From Candidatus Methanomethylicia archaeon (GTDB lineage: Archaea; Thermoproteota; Methanomethylicia; CALHIW01): a stretch of DNA of 64,000 nucleotides. The notes under the pieces were generated by a model. The model searched no databases and was not told the origin of the DNA. It worked only from the letters and a program-made list of their open reading frames with translations. A program made the translations under genes and the position numbers. Shown piece by piece: positions 40,651-51,360 of the stretch (position 1 is its first letter; every line of letters starts with the position of its first letter). The stretch is from NCBI GenBank assembly GCA_038845975.1, contig JAWBQF010000002.1, positions 32,001 through 96,000 of the forward strand, in the 5' to 3' direction.

Positions 40651-42057
40651 TTAGAAAAATATTCCAGGATTTAAGATGCCCCTCGGATCCAAAATATTCT
40701 TAATTTTCTTTAAGATTTCATAGCCGTATCCTAACTCCATAGGTATCATGTCCTTAGCATCTATTTTTACACCCATAGAGTGAGATATTGAGCCTCCAAG
40801 CTCTAAACCTACTTTAAGCATTTCTCTTATAGCTTTAATATAAATAGGATACTTCTCCCTATTTTCCTCATCAACCCTATAGAAGAAGTCAATATACATT
40901 GGATCAAGCTTTAATATAAGAGCACCAAGAGGCTCAACATCATATGTTTTAAGGATACTGTAGAGTTTATCTAATGCCTTCTTTACGTTTATTAATGGTA
41001 TAGCTATATCTATACATCCCCAGCCACCCTTACCTGTTGCTGCTAGAGCTGAGTAAAAATCTGAAGTATAGCCTGAAATATATTGAACAACTTCACCACT
41101 ACATATTTCCCCACCGAGACTTAGACATATCTTTAAAACCTCATTTCTAAGTAAGCTGTAGATTTCACTATTGTATCCTATGATATCTACTAATACAAGT
41201 ATGTTTGATAATGGTATTTTAGATCCGTAAACCATTCTCCTATGTTGATTAACTGCAACTTCATCCCAGACTGTAAAACAAGCTATAGGTAGATTTTTCT
41301 TCTTTATTTCATTAGCTAATTTAAGTGCATCATCAATACTGTTAAAAGCTATTAGAATACTATCCTTAACATTAGGCTTAGGATATATTCTTAATGTTGC
41401 CTCTGTTATTATTCCAAGTGTTCCACATGTACCTATAAATAGCCACTTCAAGTTAAAGCTTGAAGATGACTTCCTAATCTTACCTGAAGTTCCTCCACCA
41501 ACATTAAGAATATTTCCAGTAGGTAAAACTACTTTAAGACTTGAAATACGGTCACCAATAGATCCGTAAACCATTTGCAATCCATCAACTCCACAGTAGG
41601 CTATAGAGCCACCAATTGTAGCAGCATATCTACTTGCTGGAAAATGTGGAGGTATATAGCCCTTCCTTTCAAGTTCATATGCTAGTCTAGCACATGTTAT
41701 TCCGGCTTCACATGTTACATACATATTCTCCTCATCAATTTCAATAATTCTATCCATTTTCCTCAAGTCAATAACTATACCGCCATATCTTGGAATTGCG
41801 CAACCACTTATCCCTGTAAGCCCACCTACAGGTGTTATTGGAATTAACTTCTCATTAGCTAGCTTAACAATCTCACTAATCTGAGCAGTATTTTCAGGAT
41901 AGACAATTAATTCAGGAGGCTTAAACCTAGGATATGGCTTATAGAAGTCTTTAACATAACATAATAAATGAAAACTCTCCCTTAAAACATTTTCTTCACC
42001 TACAATTCCAGCAATTCTCCTAATAGCCTCCTCATCTACACGATTATAATACTCCAC
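40651..42057 (-). CDS. FAD-linked oxidoreductase (GlcD / VAO-type fold)
   Basis: GGLTG..G, ATIGG, GTCGTLGIITEA, DPRGILNPG. Confidence 0.88.
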   Translation of the reverse strand: MEYYNRVDEEAIRRIAGIVGEENVLRESFHLLCYVKDFYKPYPRFKPPELIVYPENTAQISEIVKLANEKLIPITPVGGLTGISGCAIPRYGGIVIDLRKMDRIIEIDEENMYVTCEAGITCARLAYELERKGYIPPHFPASRYAATIGGSIAYCGVDGLQMVYGSIGDRISSLKVVLPTGNILNVGGGTSGKIRKSSSSFNLKWLFIGTCGTLGIITEATLRIYPKPNVKDSILIAFNSIDDALKLANEIKKKNLPIACFTVWDEVAVNQHRRMVYGSKIPLSNILVLVDIIGYNSEIYSLLRNEVLKICLSLGGEICSGEVVQYISGYTSDFYSALAATGKGGWGCIDIAIPLINVKKALDKLYSILKTYDVEPLGALILKLDPMYIDFFYRVDEENREKYPIYIKAIREMLKVGLELGGSISHSMGVKIDAKDMIPMELGYGYEILKKIKNILDPRGILNPGIFF

Positions 42058-42079
42058 TAAACCCCCTAAACATTTATTG

Positions 42080-43138
42080 TTACTTATATTCAGTAAAGTA
42101 TGGAATTACCTTTTCCGAAATTAGCTTTATAGATTCCTCTATTGATAGTCCTCCCTTAATAGTCATTATTCTAAACCCTATACATTTAGCTCCTACCTTA
42201 CGGTATTTTTCAACCCTCTCAATAAATTCATCTATACCTCCAACTAAAATTGTTTTCTCAACTATCTCTTCAGGTATAGAAGAAGCTGCTTTAACGAGTT
42301 CATCTCCTGTTTTGAATGGTTTATGTGCTAGTAGATATGTATAATCCGGAGTTTCTAGTTTATATCCATGTTCTTCAAGTATGCTTTTCTCAACGTATAG
42401 GTAGGCTTTACCTATATTTATAGCTGTTCTCCTTATGTTTGAATCCTCGGTTAAGCATGTATAGATCCATATAACAGTATCTATATTATCAGGATTTCTA
42501 CCATGTCTTAATGCACTTTCCCTAATTACCTCAATATATTTCCCGCATTTTTCAGGTAGAACAATCCATGAAAACCATCCATCAGCTAATTCACCTATAA
42601 GTTCTAATAGCTTCCTAGATTTAATAGCTCCAATATATATTAGTGGATGAGGTTTTCTAACATGTTTCTGATCAATAAATGCCTCGTTTAAACTATAGAA
42701 TTTACCTTTATAGTATGCTAGATTATCCCTACTTGACATCCATAGTAGCTTAACAACTTCAATATATTCTCTCAATCTAGTAATTCTATCTTTAGGTTTT
42801 TCAAATTCAAGACCGAAAGGTATAATATTCATAGCTTCCCCTGCACCTACAGCTAGAATAGCTCTTCCAGCTGATAATTCATCAAGTGTAGCAACTATTT
42901 GAGCTGTTTTAGCTGGAATTATATGATGTATATCTGCTACACCTGGACCTAGTAGAATCCTACTTGTATTTGAAGCTATAGCTCCTAAAGTAGTCCAACA
43001 GTCGATTCTCGCCCCGTTAATATCTGTAAGATGATCAGGTATGAAGACAGCATGGAAGCCATACTTTTCAGCTAGAATACCGCACTTAACAGCTCGATCA
43101 GCAGGATACATATCGCCAAGTATTACTGCAAACCTCAT
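42080..43138 (-). CDS. Luciferase-like (LLM) flavin/F420-dependent oxidoreductase
   Basis: PDH, ATLDELSAGRAILAVGAG, GELADGW. Confidence 0.88.
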   Translation of the reverse strand: MRFAVILGDMYPADRAVKCGILAEKYGFHAVFIPDHLTDINGARIDCWTTLGAIASNTSRILLGPGVADIHHIIPAKTAQIVATLDELSAGRAILAVGAGEAMNIIPFGLEFEKPKDRITRLREYIEVVKLLWMSSRDNLAYYKGKFYSLNEAFIDQKHVRKPHPLIYIGAIKSRKLLELIGELADGWFSWIVLPEKCGKYIEVIRESALRHGRNPDNIDTVIWIYTCLTEDSNIRRTAINIGKAYLYVEKSILEEHGYKLETPDYTYLLAHKPFKTGDELVKAASSIPEEIVEKTILVGGIDEFIERVEKYRKVGAKCIGFRIMTIKGGLSIEESIKLISEKVIPYFTEYK

Positions 43139-43858
43139 TTAACCACCAGTTAATAGGAGTTTACCGTAGCCTTTTATGTTAACTCCTCTAACTCCACATA
43201 GTCTTAAAATATTCCAGAATGTTGCTGAATTACTTGAGATTACTGGTTTCTTGTATGTTTCCTCAAATTCATCGATTAAACCCATAGTTTTTAAACCGGT
43301 ACAGCTAATAAATATTCCTTGAGCTTCTGGTGTATTTGCTTTCTCAATAAGTTGCTTAATTTCACTACTTTCTACAGCACACATAGCTTCACTACTTGTT
43401 AGTGATAGATAGGAATCCTTAACAACTTTTACTCCGAACTGTAGTAAATACTCAGATTCTTTTTCATTCAATTCCTTAGTATATGGAGTTACAAGAGATA
43501 TCTTATTTAAATTTAAGTATTTTAAGGTTTCTACAACTGACTTCATAGTACTTATAGTAGTAACATTAAGTTTACTTCTTATTCTCTCAAGTATTTCCTC
43601 CTCCCATTTAGGACCTAGTATAAATGTACCGCTAGTACAGTGGTAGACAACTAGATTAACTTTAGGAGGAATTCTACCAAGAACAAAATCCACTTCCTCA
43701 GACATTTTCATTAAATCCTCTTTACTAACCGATTTTAGAAATATTCTTGTAGTATAGAATGCAACCTCATATGGTGCTAGCTTATTAAATTCATACTCTG
43801 TAGTGTAGTCTTCATGTGGAACTATAAGACCTATTCTACCCCTAATACCGTAAAGCAC
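43139..43858 (-). CDS. Maleate isomerase / Asp-Glu racemase family protein
   Basis: RIGLIVP, YHCTSG, VTPY, FISCTGL, PVISSN. Confidence 0.88.
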   Translation of the reverse strand: MLYGIRGRIGLIVPHEDYTTEYEFNKLAPYEVAFYTTRIFLKSVSKEDLMKMSEEVDFVLGRIPPKVNLVVYHCTSGTFILGPKWEEEILERIRSKLNVTTISTMKSVVETLKYLNLNKISLVTPYTKELNEKESEYLLQFGVKVVKDSYLSLTSSEAMCAVESSEIKQLIEKANTPEAQGIFISCTGLKTMGLIDEFEETYKKPVISSNSATFWNILRLCGVRGVNIKGYGKLLLTGG

Positions 43859-45168
43859 TATTTCCCTACCTCTCTAACAAATTTCTCAGTTAAAGCTAGG
43901 AAGTAGTTTATATCTTCTTCACTATGTGCTATTGAAAATATGAAGTGAGCTGTAGCTGGTGATGAATATGCAATCCTATTATTTAACATAAAGTCGAAAA
44001 GTCTTCTAGTAAGTTCTCTATTTTTAGTTCTTTCAGCTGTTAACCCATTTATTGGTTTCTCTCTTGTGAAATGTATAGCAAATAATGATCCTACACCAGT
44101 AGTATATGCTTCAAAATTGTTTCTAGCAAATATATCGTTTAAACCATTAATAACCTTTTCTCCAAGTCTATCTAGATATGGATAGAACTGATCAGCTTTA
44201 CTTTCAAGTTCTGTTATTAATGTGTAGCCAGCCCTCATCGTTAATGCGTTTCCAACATATGTTCCACCATGAAATGATCTCTCCCAAAAGTTAGGTATCT
44301 TGATTTGGTCAAGTTTCTCCATGATTTCAGCTCTACCACATATTGCACCTGCACCTGGAAAGTATTGACCTCCTACAGCTTTACCTGTTGTAATTAGGTC
44401 AGGTTTAACATTATAGTAGTGCTGTCCACCTTTATAGAATCTAAACCCAGTTATAACTTCATCAAGTATTAGTAATATGTTTTTCTCACTACATAACTCT
44501 CTAAGACCTCTTAGAAACTCTCTATCAGCAGGTATGAAGCCTGCAGCACCCATTACAGGCTCTATAATAATGCATGCTAAATCCTTATCCTTAATTCTCT
44601 CACGTACACCATCTAAATCATTATATGGAAGTAGAACAATATCTCTAGTTAGGGATTCCGTTAATCCTGATGATGATGGTTTATCATATGGATAACCAAC
44701 TCCCTTATGTAGACCATCGTATCCACCATGCCATCCACCTTCAAACTTACCTACCATCACCCTTCCAGTATATGTTCTTGCAAGTCTTACTGCATACATG
44801 TTTGACTCAGTACCACTATTAGAGGGTCTAGCCATATCCATATCAAACCATCTACATACAGCTTCAGCCCACTTAATCTCCCATTCATTACACCATCCGA
44901 AGTGGACTCCATACTCTAACTGCTCCCTTACAGCTTTAATTATAGGTTCATAGTTATGACCTGTTACTATTGCCCCATGACCCATCCAGAAATCAATATA
45001 TTCATTACCATCAACATCCCAAATCCTACTACCCTTAGCCTTAACAACATAGAATGGATATGGGCTGAAATATCTTAAGCCGTAAGAAACACCGCCAGGT
45101 AGATACTTCCTCGCCTTCTCGAATAAATTTCTAGATTTAGATGTAGAATCTATATACATATTTAACAC
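43858..45168 (-). CDS. Class III PLP aminotransferase (glutamate-semialdehyde aminomutase-like)
   Basis: WDVDGNEYIDF, NSGTE, DEVITGFR, GKAVGG, HGGT. Confidence 0.9.
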   Translation of the reverse strand: MLNMYIDSTSKSRNLFEKARKYLPGGVSYGLRYFSPYPFYVVKAKGSRIWDVDGNEYIDFWMGHGAIVTGHNYEPIIKAVREQLEYGVHFGWCNEWEIKWAEAVCRWFDMDMARPSNSGTESNMYAVRLARTYTGRVMVGKFEGGWHGGYDGLHKGVGYPYDKPSSSGLTESLTRDIVLLPYNDLDGVRERIKDKDLACIIIEPVMGAAGFIPADREFLRGLRELCSEKNILLILDEVITGFRFYKGGQHYYNVKPDLITTGKAVGGQYFPGAGAICGRAEIMEKLDQIKIPNFWERSFHGGTYVGNALTMRAGYTLITELESKADQFYPYLDRLGEKVINGLNDIFARNNFEAYTTGVGSLFAIHFTREKPINGLTAERTKNRELTRRLFDFMLNNRIAYSSPATAHFIFSIAHSEEDINYFLALTEKFVREVGK

Positions 45169-46184
45169 CTAAATACACCTAGATATGATGACGGAATAGC
45201 TATATCCTTCATTGTTAATAAGCCTGGTGGGGCTTTTAAAACTCTTGGAATAACATTGATAATCATTGCTGCAGTAGCTATATCACCAGCTGTTCCATAC
45301 TCATTCCTCCATTTAAGAGGGGGCTCACCATTTATTACAACTTCATCGTAATCTGTACGTCCAACAGCTGCTAGAAGCTCAAGTTTTATAAACTCTTTAT
45401 TATTTACGTATCCTGTACCGTAACCTCTTATACCACATACCTGTCCAGGCTGAATCTTGAAGTATTGGGTTTCCATGTATTTATCAGCTACTATAGGTTC
45501 CTGACCTTCAATAATCTTATCTATTTTTAAATCGAGCATACATGAAATAAGCATTATCGACTCTGCATATCCTACATGAGCTGTTATTTCTCCTCTAGAT
45601 ATTTTCTCCTGGAATTCCTGTACTGTCATGCTTAAACCATATTTCTTCTGGAATGAATACCTCCTCTTAGAAGCATCAATAGACCTAACAATATGTATTC
45701 CCTCTACATCAATACATACTGAACTTAAAAATGCCGGTAATGTATCGAATATAAATCCTGGATTAACACCAGTACCAAGAATTCTAACACAGTATTTCTT
45801 AGCCATTTCATCTATTAGGGTAGCGAGTTCAGGATATCTATACCATGGATAGGCTAAAGTTTCAGATGTAGATATAACATTTACCCCAGCTCTAATACAT
45901 TTAACTATTTGAGGATATATTTTATCGAGATATGTAGCTGTTGAATGAAGAACTACGTGTGGCTTAGTCTTTAATAGGAGATTTAAAGAATCACTATCAT
46001 GAACTACATTTACGCCTAGCTGTTTACCTAAACCTATAACCTCACCTAGATCTCTACCAACCTTGTCAGGAGCTATATCAACTCCACCAACAATTTCAAC
46101 ATTTCTCTTCTTTAAGATACTTCTAGCTATTAAAGCACCAATAGGACCTAAACCATAAACAACAACACGAAAATTTTCCGACAT
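45162..46184 (-). CDS. 2,4-diaminopentanoate dehydrogenase (Ord)-like NAD(P)-dependent amine dehydrogenase
   Basis: YGLGPIG, GVNVISTSETLAYP, GTGVNPGFIFD, GDIATAA..N, PPGL. Confidence 0.82.
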   Translation of the reverse strand: MSENFRVVVYGLGPIGALIARSILKKRNVEIVGGVDIAPDKVGRDLGEVIGLGKQLGVNVVHDSDSLNLLLKTKPHVVLHSTATYLDKIYPQIVKCIRAGVNVISTSETLAYPWYRYPELATLIDEMAKKYCVRILGTGVNPGFIFDTLPAFLSSVCIDVEGIHIVRSIDASKRRYSFQKKYGLSMTVQEFQEKISRGEITAHVGYAESIMLISCMLDLKIDKIIEGQEPIVADKYMETQYFKIQPGQVCGIRGYGTGYVNNKEFIKLELLAAVGRTDYDEVVINGEPPLKWRNEYGTAGDIATAAMIINVIPRVLKAPPGLLTMKDIAIPSSYLGVFRC

Positions 46185-46709
46185 AGCAATTACTAGAGAT
46201 AAATGAGCTTAATAAACTTTTCCTAAAGATTCATTGTTATTTAAACTTAGATGTAATAAGTACATGTAATTGATGGCTTAAGTTTACGTTATTCTATATG
46301 AATTGAGGAAGTTAAAACTTATTTTTATTGCTCATGGGTAATAGTTTATCTATTTCCTCAATTACTCTTTAGTATAGAGCTATTAGTATATCTATATTAA
46401 AATTGATGAAAACCTTAAACATAATGTAAGCAATATCCATTATCAATAAGTCAGTAATAGTGTTTACTGAAGAATATACTAAATATTTTATGTATGGTTA
46501 AAATATATGCTTATTCTTAAACTAAGGTATTATTGAATTACTTTAATGATTTATGTAAACTTTACTCCATGAATTGACTGTAGAGTTTAATAAGCCATAC
46601 TGCTTTACCAAGTAATGTAGGTTAAGTCACAAAATTAACTATGTAGGTTTCAATAAAATGGATTTAATATGTTAAGCTACATATCTGAAACATAATGGTT
46701 AGCTTGCAG

Positions 46710-47738
46710 TTAACCACTTCTTAATAACTTTTCCAGTAGGATTTTATAGGCTGGTATTTGCCATGCCCAATACTTACCTATACCAAGCTCTAAATCTGGA
46801 GGAATTTCCTTATCTGCTATGCTTTTATTAGGCTTATAAATGATGAGGTTATGTTTAATCAATATGTTTCTAAGTTCAAGTGTTTGAGGTGTAACTCTAA
46901 GTGAGAATACGTCAGAATCCTCAATAGCATCTTTAAGAGAATCTTTAAGCCCCCTACCTATAATCTCTTCAACAGCTCTCCTTACAGTATGATATTCCAA
47001 AGTATTAAGCCAGTCCTCTATGCACCATCTATAAGTAGTAGCTAACTCAATAAGTCTCCCTGGATTACCTCCGAAAAGCCTCCATAAATAGTCCGGACTT
47101 ACTGATTCCGGTGGATTTAAATATTGAACTAGCTTCTCAAAATCTCCTATTGGAAGATTCCATATGAATCTTATATAACTATGTCTATGCCTAGAAACTA
47201 AGTCTAAGCTTTCGCCTTCAGAAGTTGTTACTATAAAGAGTAATGAGTTTAACTTATACTCCTCCATTATCTTCCATTGTAATTCGTAAAGCCACTTAAC
47301 ATAACGTTCCACATCGTCTAATCCAATAGCTTTAACCACATCATCCACAGCTATAAATACACTATATCCTTCAAGTTTCCTCCTATATATTTTATTGAAG
47401 ATTCTACTTATGAATAGAGATATAGATTTAGCTAAGGCAGAGCCTAAAGGTATTTGAAGCTCCTTAACTACCTCGTAAGCTACCTCAAGAATATCGGATG
47501 AAAATCTAGGAGTAAGAATAGCTTTCCCTATTTCCCTTCCTTCTAAAGCATCAATATATACTGATACTGCCTTTCCATCAGCAAGCCTACCTAATCTATT
47601 AGTAAACTCTTTAAGAAGTCTAGTTTTACCGCAGCCTTCAGGACCATAAATGTATAGTGGAGTAGCAGGTGTATGCTCAACAAAGCTTTTTAACACTCTA
47701 AATTCATCAATTCTATCCATAAAGGGAATTTCAATCAT
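46710..47738 (-). CDS. Archaeal ATPase family P-loop protein
   Basis: FMDR..E, YGPEGCGKT, TTSEG, GGNP, YWAWQIPAY. Confidence 0.85.
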   Translation of the reverse strand: MIEIPFMDRIDEFRVLKSFVEHTPATPLYIYGPEGCGKTRLLKEFTNRLGRLADGKAVSVYIDALEGREIGKAILTPRFSSDILEVAYEVVKELQIPLGSALAKSISLFISRIFNKIYRRKLEGYSVFIAVDDVVKAIGLDDVERYVKWLYELQWKIMEEYKLNSLLFIVTTSEGESLDLVSRHRHSYIRFIWNLPIGDFEKLVQYLNPPESVSPDYLWRLFGGNPGRLIELATTYRWCIEDWLNTLEYHTVRRAVEEIIGRGLKDSLKDAIEDSDVFSLRVTPQTLELRNILIKHNLIIYKPNKSIADKEIPPDLELGIGKYWAWQIPAYKILLEKLLRSG

Positions 47739-48245
47739 AATTTTAACTAGTATAAAAGGTAATAAGTTTTACCAACTTACTTATCCTTAACATTACATAT
47801 CAAGCTAGTAGAATTGTGAGTAGCGTGATGAATTTAGGATTTATATTATTAGGAATAATATAAAGGTTTACGTAATCATAAATGAAGTCTTACACAATAG
47901 TCATAAGTTCTACAATACATATAATTCAACCATTGATTAATTAACAATTCTGAAACTTACTCAAAATACTCAGAATCTTCTATTCTAGATCCCTCAAAGC
48001 CCAAGAGGCCATAAATAATCAATACATGCAGTAAATATAGAGTAGAATAGAGGGTTAAATTCATGCATATAATACATTATAACTGGATAAGCTGTATAAT
48101 CAAAATGAGTTTATTTAGGAAGTTAAAATTGGGTAGAGAAAATATCCTAAATAAGAAGAGATGATAAAATAATGTAAACATCTAAAGCTGGTAAAAATTA
48201 CCTAGTAAGCTTTACATATTATGTGCTATAATGATATAATTAAGA

Positions 48246-48770
48246 ATGGAAGGTAATAGGAGGCGAGGAATGGAGAGAGAGTTTCTCATTAACATTTACA
48301 ATGAACTTAAAAAATTAGAAGGTTTAGAAGCATTTAAAAATCTAAGATAAATGATGTCTGAAAACGATCTAAAAACATTATAGAGTCTAGTAAGAAATTT
48401 AGGGAGGAGTTTAGTTTTGAATGAGGATATTCAATGCAGAAGCTATTATTTAAATGCTGAGGATGAGTAAGTATGAGTATGGAAGTATATCAATTATAAC
48501 ACTAATTGAAATTTTGAGAGAAATAAAAGCTGGTAAGAGAGATGTAGTAAAAAGATTGTTAGAGAGAAGCTTTAACATTATATAGCTTGATAATGATATT
48601 ATTCGGATATATTGCCAGATTTATCAAGGCCTAAAAGAAAGGGAAGAAATAATTCTGGAGGCAGGTCTACTCATAGCAGCCACGACAACTTTAAAGGTTT
48701 CAGTCTCGTTTCTAACGATCCCCATCTTGAAAGAATCTCAAAGTTCGGGTTAAAACTAGTAAGGGGATAA
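48246..48770 (+). pseudogene. Decayed VapBC-type toxin-antitoxin pair (PIN domain)
   Basis: From about 48421: ISIITLIEILR..FNII*LD..LLIAAT..LVSNDPH with a stop and frameshift; broken short ORF upstream. Confidence 0.7.
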
Positions 48771-49232
48771 ATGTTAAACTGAAATTTAAAGGGAAAACAA
48801 GATGTGGAAAGTTAAAATTAATATTCAGTATATATGTCTTTAACCAATACTAAGGTAATATATTGAGGTTATGATGGTATGAACATTACATCTACCCTAA
48901 TGCCATCCAAGTACTTACCCTTATAAATACTGATTTAAGCTTAAAATTGATATGATAAAATACTGTTAAGGATAGCTAACTATTTGATGTTAACATACTA
49001 TACTAGGAAATACGGTGAAGAATATTTAGTAATGATCAGCGGTTTCCATGAAACAAGCATGGAGAGAATAAATAGTTATAACTCATAAATGAAGTTTACC
49101 TAGATAGAAGTGATTTGGTTAATAAAGCCACTTATGGAGTCCCGTAATTGTGAGCTACATATCTTTTATATTTTATAAGTTTATAAGCATTTACAGCCAT
49201 AAGATTTATTAATTGGAGCTTATCTAACCTTT

Positions 49233-50168
49233 ATGCCAGAATATAGATATGATTGGAAGGGTGAAAAGTGGGAGAAGGTTAAAGCTAGTAAGTGGCCTAT
49301 TATACTTATCGCTATCCTAATTATCTCTGTAGTGCTCGTAGCCTCCATAGCTAGTATGGTGATAATGATTAGTGCAGGTGAGGTTGTGGTTATTTCAGAC
49401 CCATTAACAAACACATTATCTGCTCCACGTAAGGGTCCAGCATACATTCTAAAAATGCCTTGGCAGGGGGTTATAAGGGATTTTCATACTATCGACTATG
49501 TATCTATGACAGCTGAAAAGGGAGCTGACTATTCGCCAGTTACAGTATTAACAAGAGATGGAGTTACTGTTTCCGTTGAGGTAACGTTTACGTATGAGAT
49601 TGAACCTGATAAATTCGATGTCTTAGCGAGGAATTATCCTAGAGTAGATTATGAAGAGGCAAGACTAGTACCATTAATGATGCAGGTAGTTAGAGACGTT
49701 ATATCTCAATACAGTACTGATGACTGTATTACTAAGCGTTCTGAAATTGCACGCTTAATTGAGCAGAGGTTTAGGGATGCTGTTTCCACAGATTTAACTC
49801 TTATCGCAATTAAGCTTCACGACGTTAATCTACGTGGAGTAACATTACCAAGCACTGTAGCTCAAGCAATAGAGAGAAAAATAGCTGCCCAGCAGGAAAT
49901 GCTTGCAGCTCAATATCAGAGGGAGAGGGAGATAACGTTAGCTAACGCTACAGCAATGAAACAGATAATCCAAGCAACAGCGGAAGCTGAAACATACAGA
50001 ATTAAGATCTCAGCATTATCATTGATACTTAGAGAACTTGTAAATGCAACAGGCGATTCCGAGCTTGCTAGACTATATATAATGATGGAATACTTAACTA
50101 GGCTCCAAAACGCAACACTCATAATTTCACCATCCTCCCCGATACCAACAATACCAATAATTAGATAG
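49233..50168 (+). CDS. SPFH / prohibitin (band 7) family membrane protein
   Basis: TM anchor, VLTRDG, VRDVISQY, LP..VAQAIE.K coiled coil. Confidence 0.88.
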   Translation: MPEYRYDWKGEKWEKVKASKWPIILIAILIISVVLVASIASMVIMISAGEVVVISDPLTNTLSAPRKGPAYILKMPWQGVIRDFHTIDYVSMTAEKGADYSPVTVLTRDGVTVSVEVTFTYEIEPDKFDVLARNYPRVDYEEARLVPLMMQVVRDVISQYSTDDCITKRSEIARLIEQRFRDAVSTDLTLIAIKLHDVNLRGVTLPSTVAQAIERKIAAQQEMLAAQYQREREITLANATAMKQIIQATAEAETYRIKISALSLILRELVNATGDSELARLYIMMEYLTRLQNATLIISPSSPIPTIPIIR

Positions 50169-50311
50169 AGAACCTAACCAATTCCAAACCTAAACTACAT
50201 GAAAACACTACAAATAACATTTAGAGGCTTTCCACAGCATTAAGAAATGAAGACTTAAACTATAAGCTTTATCCTAAATAGGTATATAAGGTTGTTACAG
50301 TTTAAGCTCCT

Positions 50312-51136
50312 ATGAATTTGTTAAGAGATAGTATAGACATGCATATACATTCAGCTCCGGATATCTTTAATAGGAAGATAGATGCTTTTGAGCTTGCCAT
50401 AAGAGCTAAAAAAGCCGGAATGAAAGCTATAGTTTTAAAATCCCATCATACCCCTACCACTATGCTTTCATGGGCTCTAAGTAGAATGATAAACGGTATT
50501 GGAATCTATGGTTCAGTAACTCTTAATACCCCATCAACTGGAGGAATTAATCCTGAAGCAGTAAATGTAGCGTTAAAGCTAGGTGCTAGAGTAGTCTGGA
50601 TGCCGACTATATCGGCATCTAACCATTTAGCTCATGAAGGAAAGAAGGGAGGCATAAAAATACTTAGAAACGGTGAGGTTATAGAGGAAGTTAAGGAAAT
50701 CCTAAATATAGTTGCTGAGGAAAATAGGGTAATAGCTACTGGACACTTATCAGTAGAGGAAACAGTAGCACTAGTAGATACTGCTAAAAGTATAGGGGTT
50801 AAAAAGCTAGTAGTAACTCATCCAGAACTACACATTATAAATATGCCACTAGAAATCCAGAAGGAACTAGCAGGAAAGGGAGCATATATAGAGTATTGCT
50901 GCTACCTAACCACAAGGTTAGGAGGATTAGTAGAAGCTAAACTTATAGTGGAACGAATAAAATCTATTGGAGCTGAACATTGCATCTTATCCTCAGATCT
51001 AGGTCAGCCTGAAAACCCATATCCAGATGAAGGATTTGAACAGTTCCTTAAAAAACTAAGGGAAGAAAGTATATCTATGGAAGAGCTGAGAGTAATGACC
51101 GTTACTAACCCTACTAGGCTCCTAGAATTAACCTAA
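50312..51136 (+). CDS. Amidohydrolase/PHP-like TIM-barrel metalloprotein (DUF6282-like)
   Basis: DMHIHSAPD, KSHH, WMPT, ATGH, THP, SSDLGQ. Confidence 0.8.
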   Translation: MNLLRDSIDMHIHSAPDIFNRKIDAFELAIRAKKAGMKAIVLKSHHTPTTMLSWALSRMINGIGIYGSVTLNTPSTGGINPEAVNVALKLGARVVWMPTISASNHLAHEGKKGGIKILRNGEVIEEVKEILNIVAEENRVIATGHLSVEETVALVDTAKSIGVKKLVVTHPELHIINMPLEIQKELAGKGAYIEYCCYLTTRLGGLVEAKLIVERIKSIGAEHCILSSDLGQPENPYPDEGFEQFLKKLREESISMEELRVMTVTNPTRLLELT

Positions 51137-51360
51137 CACCTTACAGTTAAAAGGGGATTCAACAACACCATAATATTTCTGAATCTTAGAAAGCTTATAT
51201 ACAGGTCGGTTAAATATTTAGTAAAGAGTATTCTTAATGGGGAAGTGTAAATTTCTTATTATTTCCTACCCTAACATGCACTAAATCCCTAAAACTAGCA
51301 GTAAAACAAGATTAGAACATGGAGGAAACAAGTTTAAGCTGCATAAAAAGTTATGGATTA

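Noticed and set aside
43858-45168. hemL assignment
   Set aside because: No tetrapyrrole genes nearby and the context is catabolic, so only a family-level call is supported.
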